From contig WFUT01000074.1 of the NCBI GenBank assembly GCA_015484845.1, positions 19,388 through 83,387 of the forward strand: 64,000 bases of DNA, read 5' to 3'. The stretch is from Desulfobulbaceae bacterium (GTDB taxonomy: Bacteria; Desulfobacterota; Desulfobulbia; Desulfobulbales; Desulfobulbaceae). The first letter of the stretch is position 1. Every line of letters begins with the position of its first letter. The notes beneath the pieces are model-generated. The model did not search any database. It had not been told where the DNA came from and saw nothing but the letters and a program-made list of their open reading frames with translations. Of the stretch, positions 46,849-55,967 are shown piece after piece. Both the position numbers and the translations under genes were made by a program.

Positions 46849-47765
46849 TGCCTCCGCTGGCAACCCTGGCGGTTATCGCACCGGTCTTTCTCGTGCTCTT
46901 TGCCGGCAAGGGGTTGCACCTGGCCGGCCTCATCGATTCCCGGTTCACGCAGCGCTCTAACAGTCTCATCTATCATGTTCTTTTGCCGGCACTTCTCTTC
47001 AGAAAGATATCCGGCTCCGATGTCCGGCACGTGGTCAATGCGCCGCTGCTGCTGGTCATGGCGGCCACGATCCTGCTGATGTTCGGCATCACCTGGGCCG
47101 TGAGCAGGACCCGGCTCGTCCCCCGCCGGGCCGGGGGCTCGTTCATGATGAACTCCTTCCGGGGCAATTTTGCCTACATGGGCCTGCCGGTGAGCTTCGC
47201 GGCCTTTGGTGACACCGGCCTGCTCCATGCCAGCATCCTGATGGCCTTCATGGTGCCCCTGGTCAACCTCCTGTCGGTGATCAGCCTGCGGTTGCACAGC
47301 CGCGAAAGCCCGGACCGCTCCCTGCTCGCGGCCACCCTGTTCAACCCCCTGGTCCTGGCCTGCATGGCCGGCCTGGCCATGGCCGCCAGCGGCCTGGCCC
47401 TGCCGGCCGTGCTCGGCCGCAGCCTGGACATCATCTCCGGCGCCACCCTGCCCCTGGCCCTCTTCAGCATCGGTGCCTCGCTTGCACCGGCCCTGGTCCG
47501 CGGCAACCTCCTCCTCATCCTCCTCGGCACGGCCTGCAAGCTGCTCCTCATGCCAACCATTGCCCTGCTCCTCCTCCACCTCGCCGGACTGCCCCTGGAC
47601 ACCATGGCCCGGGTCATGATCATCCTGGTGGCCTCGCCCTCGGCCACCATCAACTACATCCTGGCCGCGGCCCTGGGCGGAGACACCGAGTCCACCGGCG
47701 GCACCATCGTCACCACCACTCTCCTCTCCATGGGGACCTACATGCTCTGGCTTGGCCTGCCCTGA
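46848..47765 (+). CDS. AEC (auxin efflux carrier / malate permease) family transporter
   Basis: LLPALLF, FRGNFAYMGLP, NPLVLA, GATLPLALFSIG, KLLLMP and ASPSA; about 10 TMs. Confidence 0.9.
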   Translation: MPPLATLAVIAPVFLVLFAGKGLHLAGLIDSRFTQRSNSLIYHVLLPALLFRKISGSDVRHVVNAPLLLVMAATILLMFGITWAVSRTRLVPRRAGGSFMMNSFRGNFAYMGLPVSFAAFGDTGLLHASILMAFMVPLVNLLSVISLRLHSRESPDRSLLAATLFNPLVLACMAGLAMAASGLALPAVLGRSLDIISGATLPLALFSIGASLAPALVRGNLLLILLGTACKLLLMPTIALLLLHLAGLPLDTMARVMIILVASPSATINYILAAALGGDTESTGGTIVTTTLLSMGTYMLWLGLP

Positions 47766-48089
47766 GCCGGAAAAAGATTTCCATTCCGTGATTCTCCTTG
47801 ACAAGCAGGGGAAAATATCGCATTAGGTCAACCGCCGCCAGCCATGGTCGCGGCCCGACCGCCAGGTCAGGCCCCCATGACCGACGACAATGACCCTGCC
47901 GGCACACCACCGGAAGGTCATTCTCGTGGGCATTCCCCCACGGATCTCCACGGCCATGCCGCCGTGGTCAACGGCCCCGGATCCAAACCATCCCAGCAGG
48001 CCAGCAAGAGATGTTTACACCGCCCGGTTCCGGCCATCCGGCCATCCGGAACCGTGTCGTCTCGTCTTTTTTTGGGACAACGGAGTGAT

Positions 48090-50042
48090 ATGGAAACCTT
48101 TTTCCTGGCAATCTCGTTCATCATCGCCGCGGGGGTCCTGCCCTTTCTCTTCCTGCGCAGTTCCAGGCTCATGAGAGGATCGGCCGTCATCATGACCGCG
48201 GCCGGCGGCCTCACCGGCCTCCTCTTCGCGGCCCGGGCCATGACCACCGCCACGCCGCCCGCTGCCACCTTCCTCCTCCCGGGCGGGCTCCGGGTTCTCA
48301 TGCAGGTGGACGCGGTCTCGGCCTTCTTCCTGCTGCCCATATTCCTGGTCGCCCCGGTTGCCGCCCTGTACAGTTTCCATTACACCAGGGCGCAGGGCCC
48401 GCGCGCCGCGGCAGGCTATCTCTTCTTTTCCCTCCTCACCGCCGCCATGGCCGCGGTCGTCTGCGCCGCCGACATCACCGGCTTCATCATCGCCTGGGAA
48501 CTGATGTCGATCTCGTCCTTCTTTCTCGTGATACACGATTTCGGCAAAAAGGAGAGCCGCCGGGCCGGCTACATCTACCTTCTCTTTGCCCAGGCCGGGG
48601 CCATGGTCATCTTCGCCACCTTTGCCCTCGCCTACGGCAAAAGCGGCTCCCTCGATTTTGCCTCCTTTGCAACCATGCCCGCGCAGGCCCGGATCCTCGT
48701 CTTTGTGCTCGCCTTCATCGGCTTCGGCTCCAAGGCGGGCATCATTCCCCTGCACACCTGGCTCCCCCATGCCCATCCCGCGGCCGAGAGCCATGTCTCC
48801 GCCCTGATGAGCGGAGTGATGATAAAGATGGGGATATACGGCATGGTCCGCTTCTACGCCATACTCCGGCCGCCGGGTCCGGGTTGCGCAATGCTGCTGA
48901 TCCTCACCGGCGCCGTGACCGGGGTTCTCGGCGTGGTCCTCGCCCTGGGCCAGCACGACCTGAAGCGACTGCTCGCCTATCACAGCGTGGAGAACATCGG
49001 TATCATCGTCCTCGGCCTGGGAATCGGCATGCTCGGCGCAGCCACCGGCCATCCGCTGATGGCCCTCCTGGGCTTTGCCGGCGGCCTGCTCCATGTCCTC
49101 AACCACGCCCTGTTCAAGTCCCTGCTCTTCATGGGCGCAGGCAGCGTGCAGCGGGGCGCCGCCACCCTGAACATCGAGCAACTCGGCGGCCTGATGAAGA
49201 GGATGCCGCTCTCCGGCACCTGCTTCCTGGCCGGGAGCCTGGCGATCTGCGGCCTGCCGCCGTTCAACGGTTTTGTCAGTGAATTTCTCGTCTACAGCGG
49301 CGGGTTCCAGGGAGTGGCAAACAGCGAGGCGCAGATGTTTACCGCCCTGGCAGCGGTGATCTCGCTGGCAGTGATCGGTGGCCTGGCCGTGGCCTGCTTT
49401 ACCAAGGTGGTGGGCGTGGTCTTTCTTGGCGAGCCCAGGAGCGAGAAGGCAAAAATAGCGCCCCCCGCGGGCCGCTGCATGCAGGCGGCAATGGTTCTTC
49501 TCGCCGTCGCCTGCCTTGGTATCGGCCTGGGAGCCCCCTGGTTCATCGCCCTTGCCCGCAGGGCGGCAGGGCCACTTCTTGCAACGCCGACGCCCATGCC
49601 CGCGCCGCTGGACACCGCCGCGTACGCGATTGCCCTTGCGGCCGCCGGTTTCCTGCTCCTGCTTGCCATCCTCGCCGCTGGCCGCGGTCTGCTTGCCCAC
49701 GGCCGGCCGGCCGAATCCGCCACCTGGGGCTGCGGCTTCTCCAGCCCGACGCCGAGAATGCAGTACACCGGTTCTTCCTTTGCCGCCGAGATTGTCGGTT
49801 TCTACCGTCCTTTTGTGATCATCCGCAGGGATTTTTCAGGAATCCACGGCCTGTTTCCACCCCTGTCCTCTTTCAGGAGCCACACAATAGACCTTGTCGA
49901 GCTGGGGATAAGGCGGTGGCTGGCCCGCTCGGTCATGGCCCTGACCGGAAAGATACGCTGGCTGCAGCACGGTCACATCCAGCTCTACATCGCCTACATC
50001 TTCTTCGCCATGCTCGGGCTCCTGCTCTGGCTGATGGTATAG
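48090..50042 (+). CDS. ehrA: Ehr/Hyf complex antiporter-like membrane subunit (HyfB-like)
   Basis: AWELMSISSF, GFGSKAGIIPLHTWLPHAHPAAESHVSALMSG, LKRLLAYHSVEN and CGLPPFNGFVSE. Start ATG 48090. Confidence 0.9.
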   Translation: METFFLAISFIIAAGVLPFLFLRSSRLMRGSAVIMTAAGGLTGLLFAARAMTTATPPAATFLLPGGLRVLMQVDAVSAFFLLPIFLVAPVAALYSFHYTRAQGPRAAAGYLFFSLLTAAMAAVVCAADITGFIIAWELMSISSFFLVIHDFGKKESRRAGYIYLLFAQAGAMVIFATFALAYGKSGSLDFASFATMPAQARILVFVLAFIGFGSKAGIIPLHTWLPHAHPAAESHVSALMSGVMIKMGIYGMVRFYAILRPPGPGCAMLLILTGAVTGVLGVVLALGQHDLKRLLAYHSVENIGIIVLGLGIGMLGAATGHPLMALLGFAGGLLHVLNHALFKSLLFMGAGSVQRGAATLNIEQLGGLMKRMPLSGTCFLAGSLAICGLPPFNGFVSEFLVYSGGFQGVANSEAQMFTALAAVISLAVIGGLAVACFTKVVGVVFLGEPRSEKAKIAPPAGRCMQAAMVLLAVACLGIGLGAPWFIALARRAAGPLLATPTPMPAPLDTAAYAIALAAAGFLLLLAILAAGRGLLAHGRPAESATWGCGFSSPTPRMQYTGSSFAAEIVGFYRPFVIIRRDFSGIHGLFPPLSSFRSHTIDLVELGIRRWLARSVMALTGKIRWLQHGHIQLYIAYIFFAMLGLLLWLMV

Positions 50043-50052
50043 GGAGGCAGCA

Positions 50053-50961
50053 ATGCTCAAATCCACACTGATCATGCTCGCGGCCATGGCCGCCGCGCCG
50101 GTGCTGGCGGCCATCACCGGCCGGGTCAAGGCCTGGTTGGCCGGCCGCCGGGGACCGGACTGGACCCTCAACTACGCCACCCTGGCCAAGCTGCTCAGGA
50201 AGACACCGGTCTACAGCCGCTCGACCACCTACGTCTTCCGCCTGGGACCGCTGGTGGGCCTGGCGACCATCCTTGCCGCCCTGGCCTTCCTTCCCATTGC
50301 CGGCCGGCCACCCATCTTCTCCTTTGCCGGAGACGTTGTCTTTGTCTTCTACCTCCTCGGCCTGGGCCGTTTTTTCGTGGTGGCCGCGGCCCTGGACACG
50401 GCCTCTCCCTTCGAGGGCATGGGCGCGGCCCGGGAGGCACTGTTCGGGACACTGGCCGAGGCCACTGTCTTCATGGTCCTCTTTCTTCTCCAGCAGACCC
50501 ATGGCGGCATGAGCCTTGCCACCTACCTCGCCGCCACAACGGCAGGCCCGGGCATGAACGGGGCCGCCCTCGTCCTTGCGGTCATTGCCCTGTTCATGAT
50601 CCTGCTCACCGAGAACTCCCGGGTGCCCGTGGACGATCCGACCACTCACCTCGAGCTCACCATGATCCACGAGGTCATGATCCTGGACCACTCGGGCCCG
50701 GACCTTGCCATGATCGAGATGGGCGGCTGGCTGAAGCTCCTCTTCTATGCCACCTTCATCGCCGACATCGCCTGCCCGTTTCGCGGTGGCCCAGGAGACT
50801 ATCTCCTCTACATCCTTGCCCTGCTTGTCATCTATGGCGGCATCGGCCTGGTCGAATCGATCACCGCCCGTTTCAGGATGAGCCTGGTGCCCAAGTTCAT
50901 CCTCACCTCGTTCGCCCTTGCCTTTTTCGCCCTGATATTCACCATGGAGATGCCGGGATGA
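50053..50961 (+). CDS. ehrB: Ehr/Hyf complex NuoH-like subunit (HyfC-like)
   Basis: GRRGP, FEGMGAARE, ENSRVPVDDPTTHLELTMIHEVMILDHSG. Confidence 0.9.
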   Translation: MLKSTLIMLAAMAAAPVLAAITGRVKAWLAGRRGPDWTLNYATLAKLLRKTPVYSRSTTYVFRLGPLVGLATILAALAFLPIAGRPPIFSFAGDVVFVFYLLGLGRFFVVAAALDTASPFEGMGAAREALFGTLAEATVFMVLFLLQQTHGGMSLATYLAATTAGPGMNGAALVLAVIALFMILLTENSRVPVDDPTTHLELTMIHEVMILDHSGPDLAMIEMGGWLKLLFYATFIADIACPFRGGPGDYLLYILALLVIYGGIGLVESITARFRMSLVPKFILTSFALAFFALIFTMEMPG

Positions 50962-51608
50962 GCCACTGCGCCGATATCTGTCTTGCCCTGATCTTTCTCT
51001 CCGTCCTCCTGGGGATGGCAGCCAACCGCCTGATGGAGCTGGTCAAGATCATGGCCTTCCAGGGGACCATCGTCTCCATCCTCCCTGTCCTGCTCGAGGC
51101 CGGACAGCGGGACGCCGCCGGCCTCGGCTTCATGGCGGTGATGCTGACGGTGAAGGGCCTGGTCATGCCCCTGGCCCTTTATGCCGCGATCAAGAAAGTG
51201 GCCAACCTTCGCGAGGTGGAGCCCTTTGTCGGCTACCGTGCCTCGATCTTCAGCGCCCTGGCCCTGGTGCTTGCCGCCGGGTTCATCGACCGGACGCTGG
51301 CCCCCTTCATGCCGCCGACCCACGTGATGCTCATGCCTGCCAGCATCGCCACCATCGGCGCTGGTTTTTTCCTGATGATGGCACGGCGCAAGGCCATCAC
51401 CCAGGTCATCGGCTACCTGATGCTGGAGAACGGTATCTACCTCACCGGTATCGCCCTTGCCGGCGAAACCCACTCCCAGCGGTTACTCGAGTTCGGCGTA
51501 CTGCTCGATCTCCTTGCCGGTGTAATGATAATGGGGATAATCATCAACCGAATCAACCAGACCTTTGACGACGTCGATACCGGCATGCTCGGAAGCCTCA
51601 GGGATTGA
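50958..51608 (+). CDS. ehrC: Ehr/Hyf complex HyfE-like membrane subunit
   Basis: QVIGYLMLENGIY and EFGVLLDL; ATGA overlap. Confidence 0.88.
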   Translation: MSHCADICLALIFLSVLLGMAANRLMELVKIMAFQGTIVSILPVLLEAGQRDAAGLGFMAVMLTVKGLVMPLALYAAIKKVANLREVEPFVGYRASIFSALALVLAAGFIDRTLAPFMPPTHVMLMPASIATIGAGFFLMMARRKAITQVIGYLMLENGIYLTGIALAGETHSQRLLEFGVLLDLLAGVMIMGIIINRINQTFDDVDTGMLGSLRD

Positions 51609-51639
51609 CGCCGCAGCCAGGCACAACGGAAACAACAAC

Positions 51640-53070
51640 ATGCTCGAATCAGTGATCTTCATCCCGCTGCTGGCCGGCCTTGCCGCCTTCTTCCTGCCGC
51701 CACGGCCAGGCAGGGCGCTGCTGGTAGCAGCCGGTCTCCTTCACGCGGCCGCGGTGACCGCGATCCTCTGCGGCGCGGGCAACGCCCTCTGGCCGCAGTA
51801 CTTCTCCGTCACCGCCATGGGTGCGCTGGTCCTGGCCCTGACCTCGTTCCTGTACCTGATGACGGCCATCTACGCCGTCTCCTACATGGCAACCGTGGAG
51901 CTGCACGCCGAACCGGCATGCAACGGCGCCATGCTCCTCTTTCTCGCGGCCATGAGCATGGCCGCCATCGCCGACCACGTAATCGTGCTGTGGATCGCCA
52001 TCGAGGCCACCACCCTCACCTCGGCACCGCTCATCCTTCTGCACCGTTCCAAGGGGGCCCTCGAGGCGGCATGGAAATACGTCCTCATCTGCTCGGTGGG
52101 CATTGCCCTGGCCCTGCTCTCGGCCTTTTTCCTGGTCCTGGCCATGAACCTCGGCCGGGTGCACACCGCCCTGGGATATACGGCCCTGACCCGGGCCGCG
52201 CGCAGCCTCGATCCCGTCTGGCTGAAGGCCGCCTTTATCTTCTCCCTGATCGGCTATGGCACCAAGATGGGGCTGGCCCCCATGCACACCTGGCTGCCGG
52301 ATGCCCACAGCGAAGCGGTCAGCCCGGCCTCGGCCCTCCTCTCCGGCGCCCTGCTGAACTGCGCCTTCCTCGGGATATACAAGGGCCACGCCCTCCTGAC
52401 CGCGGCCGGGCTCGGTGACTTTTCCGGCCGGATCATGATCTTCTTCGGCCTGGCCTCGATCATCGTCGCCGGGGCCTTTATCATGCACCAGAACGACTAC
52501 AAGCGGATGCTGGCCTACTCGAGCATCGAGAACATGGGGATCATAGCCTTTGGCAGTGGCATCGGCGGACTTGCGGCCGCCGGCGCTGTCATCCACATGA
52601 TCCATCATTCCCTGGTCAAGTCGAGCCTGTTCCTTTCCTCCGGCAACATTCTCCTGGGATATGGCAGCAAGAAGATCAACGGGACCGGCCGGATGATGAC
52701 GAGACTTCCGGCGACCGCCACGGCATTCTTCGCCGGTTTCGCAGGCATATCAGGGATGCCGCCCTTTGGCCTGGTGGTGAGCGAGATCCTCATCACCGCG
52801 GGCGCCATGCGGGCCGGCCGGCCGATTGCGGCCGCGATCTTCCTTGCCGGCCTGCTCCTGGTCTTCAGCGGCGCAAGCCGCCATCTCATCCGCATGACCT
52901 TTGGCCCGGGCCACGGCGGAGAACTGCTGGTGGAAGAGAACACGCTCAGGGTCCTGCCCTCCTATGTCCTGCTCGCCGCGTCCATTACACTGACCTTCTG
53001 GATGCCCGGCATCATGACCGGCATCGTCAACCAGGCCGCAACCCTGATCGGAGGTGGATTCCATGGCTGA
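51640..53070 (+). CDS. ehrD: Ehr/Hyf complex antiporter-like subunit (HyfF-like)
   Basis: WIAIEATTL, EAAWKY, GYGTKMGLAPMHTWLPDAHSEA and KRMLAYSSIENMG. Start ATG 51640. Confidence 0.9.
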   Translation: MLESVIFIPLLAGLAAFFLPPRPGRALLVAAGLLHAAAVTAILCGAGNALWPQYFSVTAMGALVLALTSFLYLMTAIYAVSYMATVELHAEPACNGAMLLFLAAMSMAAIADHVIVLWIAIEATTLTSAPLILLHRSKGALEAAWKYVLICSVGIALALLSAFFLVLAMNLGRVHTALGYTALTRAARSLDPVWLKAAFIFSLIGYGTKMGLAPMHTWLPDAHSEAVSPASALLSGALLNCAFLGIYKGHALLTAAGLGDFSGRIMIFFGLASIIVAGAFIMHQNDYKRMLAYSSIENMGIIAFGSGIGGLAAAGAVIHMIHHSLVKSSLFLSSGNILLGYGSKKINGTGRMMTRLPATATAFFAGFAGISGMPPFGLVVSEILITAGAMRAGRPIAAAIFLAGLLLVFSGASRHLIRMTFGPGHGGELLVEENTLRVLPSYVLLAASITLTFWMPGIMTGIVNQAATLIGGGFHG

Positions 53071-54568
53071 TTTCATTGCGGTGCACAACGGCCGGCCCGT
53101 GGCCATGGCGGCAGTTCCGCTCCTGGACTTTTCCTCTTTCCGCGAGCGCCTGCTGGAACTGTGCCGTTTCGGCTGCGTGGTGCAGTACTTCGCCCTGGCC
53201 ACCGAACAGGGATTGTGTGCCGTTGCGGTGATCCGCCTCGAGGACCAGCTCCTCGCCGGTCGTGCCCTGCTGCCGCAACAGTTTCCTTCCCTGACCCGGG
53301 AACGGCCCCGCTTCCACATGTTCGAACGGGAGATGGCCGAGCAGTACGGTGTGCTCCCCCAGGGACACCCCTGGCTCAAGCCCCTGCGCTACCACTGCAA
53401 CTGGCGGGGCGTGGATGACGTGTTCGGCAACGACTACAACGAGGACATTCCCGGCCGCTATCCCTGGTACCGGGTGGAGGGCGACGAGATCCACGAGGTG
53501 GCGGTGGGGCCGGTGCACGCCGGGATCATTGAACCGGGCCATTTCCGCTTCCAGTGCAACGGCGAGACCGTCCTCCACCTGGAGATCGGCCACGGCTACC
53601 AGCACCGGGGCGTGGAACCACTGCTCTGCAGGGTCCCGGAGAAACGGCGACCATTCATCGCCGAGGCGGTTGCCGGTGACACCGGCATGGCCGGCAGTCT
53701 GTCGTACGCCCAGGCGGTGGAAGGCCTGGCCGGACTCGAGGTCGGCACAGGGGCACAGGCGGTCCGCACCATCGCGGTGGAACTGGAGCGCCTCGCCAAC
53801 CACGTCGGCGACCTCGGCGCCCTGGCCGGCGACGTGGCCTTTACCCCGCCGGCCGCGTTTTTCGGCCGCATGCGGGGAGAGTTCCTCAACCTCCTTCTCC
53901 TGCTCTCGGGCAACCGGTTCGGCCGCGGCCTCATCCGGCCGGGGGGAATCGCCTTTCCCGTCGATGTTGCGGCACTGGCCGCCATCGCCGCCAAGGTGCA
54001 GGAACTGAGGCTGGAACTGGTCCGCTGCGTGGACCTGCTCCTGTCAGCCCACACGGTACTGTCGCGGTTCGAGAACTGCGGCATCGTGTCCAGGGAGGCG
54101 GCCGAATGCCTGGGCATGGTGGGACCGGCAGGAAGGGCGTCGTGGATGGCCTATGACGCGCGAATCCACTTTCCAACCGAACGATACCCCGACCTCCCGG
54201 CCGCAAGGATGGAACGGCCCACCGGCGATGTCCTTGCCCGGGCAAGGGTCAGGGCCGGCGAGATCATGCACAGCCTCGACTGTGTCGAGATCCTGGCCCG
54301 GGAAGGGCAAGACGTCGCGGCCACGGAGAACCGGGTCCCCGGGCTTGCCCCCGATTCAATGGTGGTCACTGTCAACGAGGCATGGCGGGGGGAGCTGTCC
54401 CATTGCCTGGTCACCGGCCCCGGCGGGGAGATCATCCGCTACAAGATCAAGGATCCGTCCTTCCACAACTGGGCCGGGCTGGCCATGGCCCTCCGGGACG
54501 AGGGGATCAGTGATTTCCCGGTCAACAACAAGAGCTTCAACCTTTCCTACTGCGGGATGGACCTCTGA
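53063..54568 (+). CDS. ehrL: Ehr large subunit (NuoC/NuoD-like, HyfG homologue lacking NiFe ligands)
   Basis: NuoC-like FERE...HPWLKP, VGPVHAGIIEPGHFRF, GYQHRGVE and EAWRGE, KIKDPSF. No RxCxxC, and the C-terminus is DFPVNNKSFNLSYCGMDL rather than DPCxxC. Confidence 0.9.
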   Translation: MADFIAVHNGRPVAMAAVPLLDFSSFRERLLELCRFGCVVQYFALATEQGLCAVAVIRLEDQLLAGRALLPQQFPSLTRERPRFHMFEREMAEQYGVLPQGHPWLKPLRYHCNWRGVDDVFGNDYNEDIPGRYPWYRVEGDEIHEVAVGPVHAGIIEPGHFRFQCNGETVLHLEIGHGYQHRGVEPLLCRVPEKRRPFIAEAVAGDTGMAGSLSYAQAVEGLAGLEVGTGAQAVRTIAVELERLANHVGDLGALAGDVAFTPPAAFFGRMRGEFLNLLLLLSGNRFGRGLIRPGGIAFPVDVAALAAIAAKVQELRLELVRCVDLLLSAHTVLSRFENCGIVSREAAECLGMVGPAGRASWMAYDARIHFPTERYPDLPAARMERPTGDVLARARVRAGEIMHSLDCVEILAREGQDVAATENRVPGLAPDSMVVTVNEAWRGELSHCLVTGPGGEIIRYKIKDPSFHNWAGLAMALRDEGISDFPVNNKSFNLSYCGMDL

Positions 54569-54581
54569 GACGGAGGCACTG

Positions 54582-55328
54582 ATGCTGAAGGTACTGCGAA
54601 CCAGGCTGGAACAGGGATACAGGACAATGCGCTGGCCGCGCCAGGAGCTGGTGCTTCCCGCCCCCTACAGGGGCCGGCCGATGATAAACCGCGACTGTGA
54701 CCCCGAGACGGTCCGCGCCTGCGCCCGGGCCTGTCCCCAGGACGCCATCGACGCGGACCGCAAAAGCGTGGACATGGGCAGGTGCCTCTTCTGCGGGACC
54801 TGCGCCCGGATATCGAAGGAGAGATTTGTCCGTTTTACCAGGGACTTTGACCTGGGCAGCGCCAGCCGGTCCGGCCTTGTCTGCGACGGCGGCGACCCGG
54901 CCGGGCTCGCCGACCATGCAAAAGAACATTTCCGGAAGCTGTTCGGCCGTTCCCTGCAGCTGCGGCAGGTGTCAGCCGGCGGCTGCAACGCCTGCGAGGC
55001 CGAGATCAATGTCCTCGCCACCCCGGCATACGATCTTTCCCGTTTCGGGATCAGCTACGTCGCCTCACCCCGGCATGCCGACGGTATCCACGTCACCGGC
55101 CCGGTAACCCGCAACATGCGCGCCGCTCTCCTTGCCACCTTCGAGGCTGTGCCGGAACCAAGGGTCGTGATCGCCTCCGGGGCCTGCGCCATATCCGGGG
55201 GACCGTTCACCGGCAGCCCGGAGGTCTGCCAGGGCCTGGACACGATCCTGCCCGTGGACCTCTATATTCCCGGCTGCCCGCCCCATCCCATGACCACCCT
55301 CAAGGCCCTGCTGGATTTTTTCAGGTAA
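54582..55328 (+). CDS. ehrS: Ehr small subunit (NuoB-like) fused to an N-terminal ferredoxin domain
   Basis: CLFCGTC ferredoxin motif, then GGCNACEAE, SPRHADG, GACA and PGCPPHP. Start ATG 54582 with a GGAGG RBS. Confidence 0.9.
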   Translation: MLKVLRTRLEQGYRTMRWPRQELVLPAPYRGRPMINRDCDPETVRACARACPQDAIDADRKSVDMGRCLFCGTCARISKERFVRFTRDFDLGSASRSGLVCDGGDPAGLADHAKEHFRKLFGRSLQLRQVSAGGCNACEAEINVLATPAYDLSRFGISYVASPRHADGIHVTGPVTRNMRAALLATFEAVPEPRVVIASGACAISGGPFTGSPEVCQGLDTILPVDLYIPGCPPHPMTTLKALLDFFR

Positions 55329-55355
55329 GATTTCCGGAGATTTTCCAACTGCGGT

Positions 55356-55967
55356 TCAGGCGGCCTGTTGCCGGAGCCTGGCCAGGATCCAGTCCACTGC
55401 CGCGGCCAGGTCCTCTGCCACCAGGGCGGGCTGCAGTTGCTTTGCCGGGCCGATGTAGGCATGGTCTCCCCGGCCGTAGCCGGTCAGGACCAGGATGGGG
55501 GTCGCGCCGACCCGGGCGCCGCATTCCAGGTCCGACCAGCGGTCGCCGACCATGAAGGAACGTGCCAGGTCGAGATCCATCTCCCGGGCAGCCTGTTCCA
55601 GGAGGCCGGTGCCGGGCTTGCGGCAGTCACAGCGCACGCGGTAGCGCTCCTCCTTTGCCTCGGGATGGTGCGGGCAGACGTAGAGACCGTCGATGCGGGC
55701 GCCTTCTGCCGCGAGCTGCGCCTGCATCAGTTGGTGGACCTGGTCCAGGAGGCTGGCGGGAAAATAGCCGCGGGCCAGGCCGGACTGGTTGGTGACCACG
55801 ACCACGGGAATGTTGTGCTCGTTGAGCCGGCGGATGGCGGCGCCAACCCCGGCCAGGAGATGGAACCGGCTGACGTGGTTGATGTAGCCCATCTGCTCGT
55901 TGATGGTGCCATCGCGGTCAAGAAAGACGGCCGGCCGTTTTGCCGACTGCCGCGGGGCCGGGCTCAC
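55356..55967 (-). CDS. gmhB: D-glycero-D-manno-heptose 1,7-bisphosphate phosphatase
   Basis: AVFLDRDGTI, VVTNQSG, CPHHP...CDCRKP and MVGDRWSD. GTG 55967 overlaps the waaF stop. Confidence 0.93.
   Translation of the reverse strand: MSPAPRQSAKRPAVFLDRDGTINEQMGYINHVSRFHLLAGVGAAIRRLNEHNIPVVVVTNQSGLARGYFPASLLDQVHQLMQAQLAAEGARIDGLYVCPHHPEAKEERYRVRCDCRKPGTGLLEQAAREMDLDLARSFMVGDRWSDLECGARVGATPILVLTGYGRGDHAYIGPAKQLQPALVAEDLAAAVDWILARLRQQAA

Noticed and set aside
47844-48089. 82-codon His-containing N-terminal extension of EhrA in the ORF track
   Set aside because: It is low-complexity and overlaps the likely promoter/leader, while ATG 48090 has a GGAG RBS and begins with a TM segment as expected.
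53063-54568. Group 4 [NiFe]-hydrogenase / formate hydrogenlyase
   Set aside because: Both nickel-ligating CxxC motifs are missing and there are no maturation genes.
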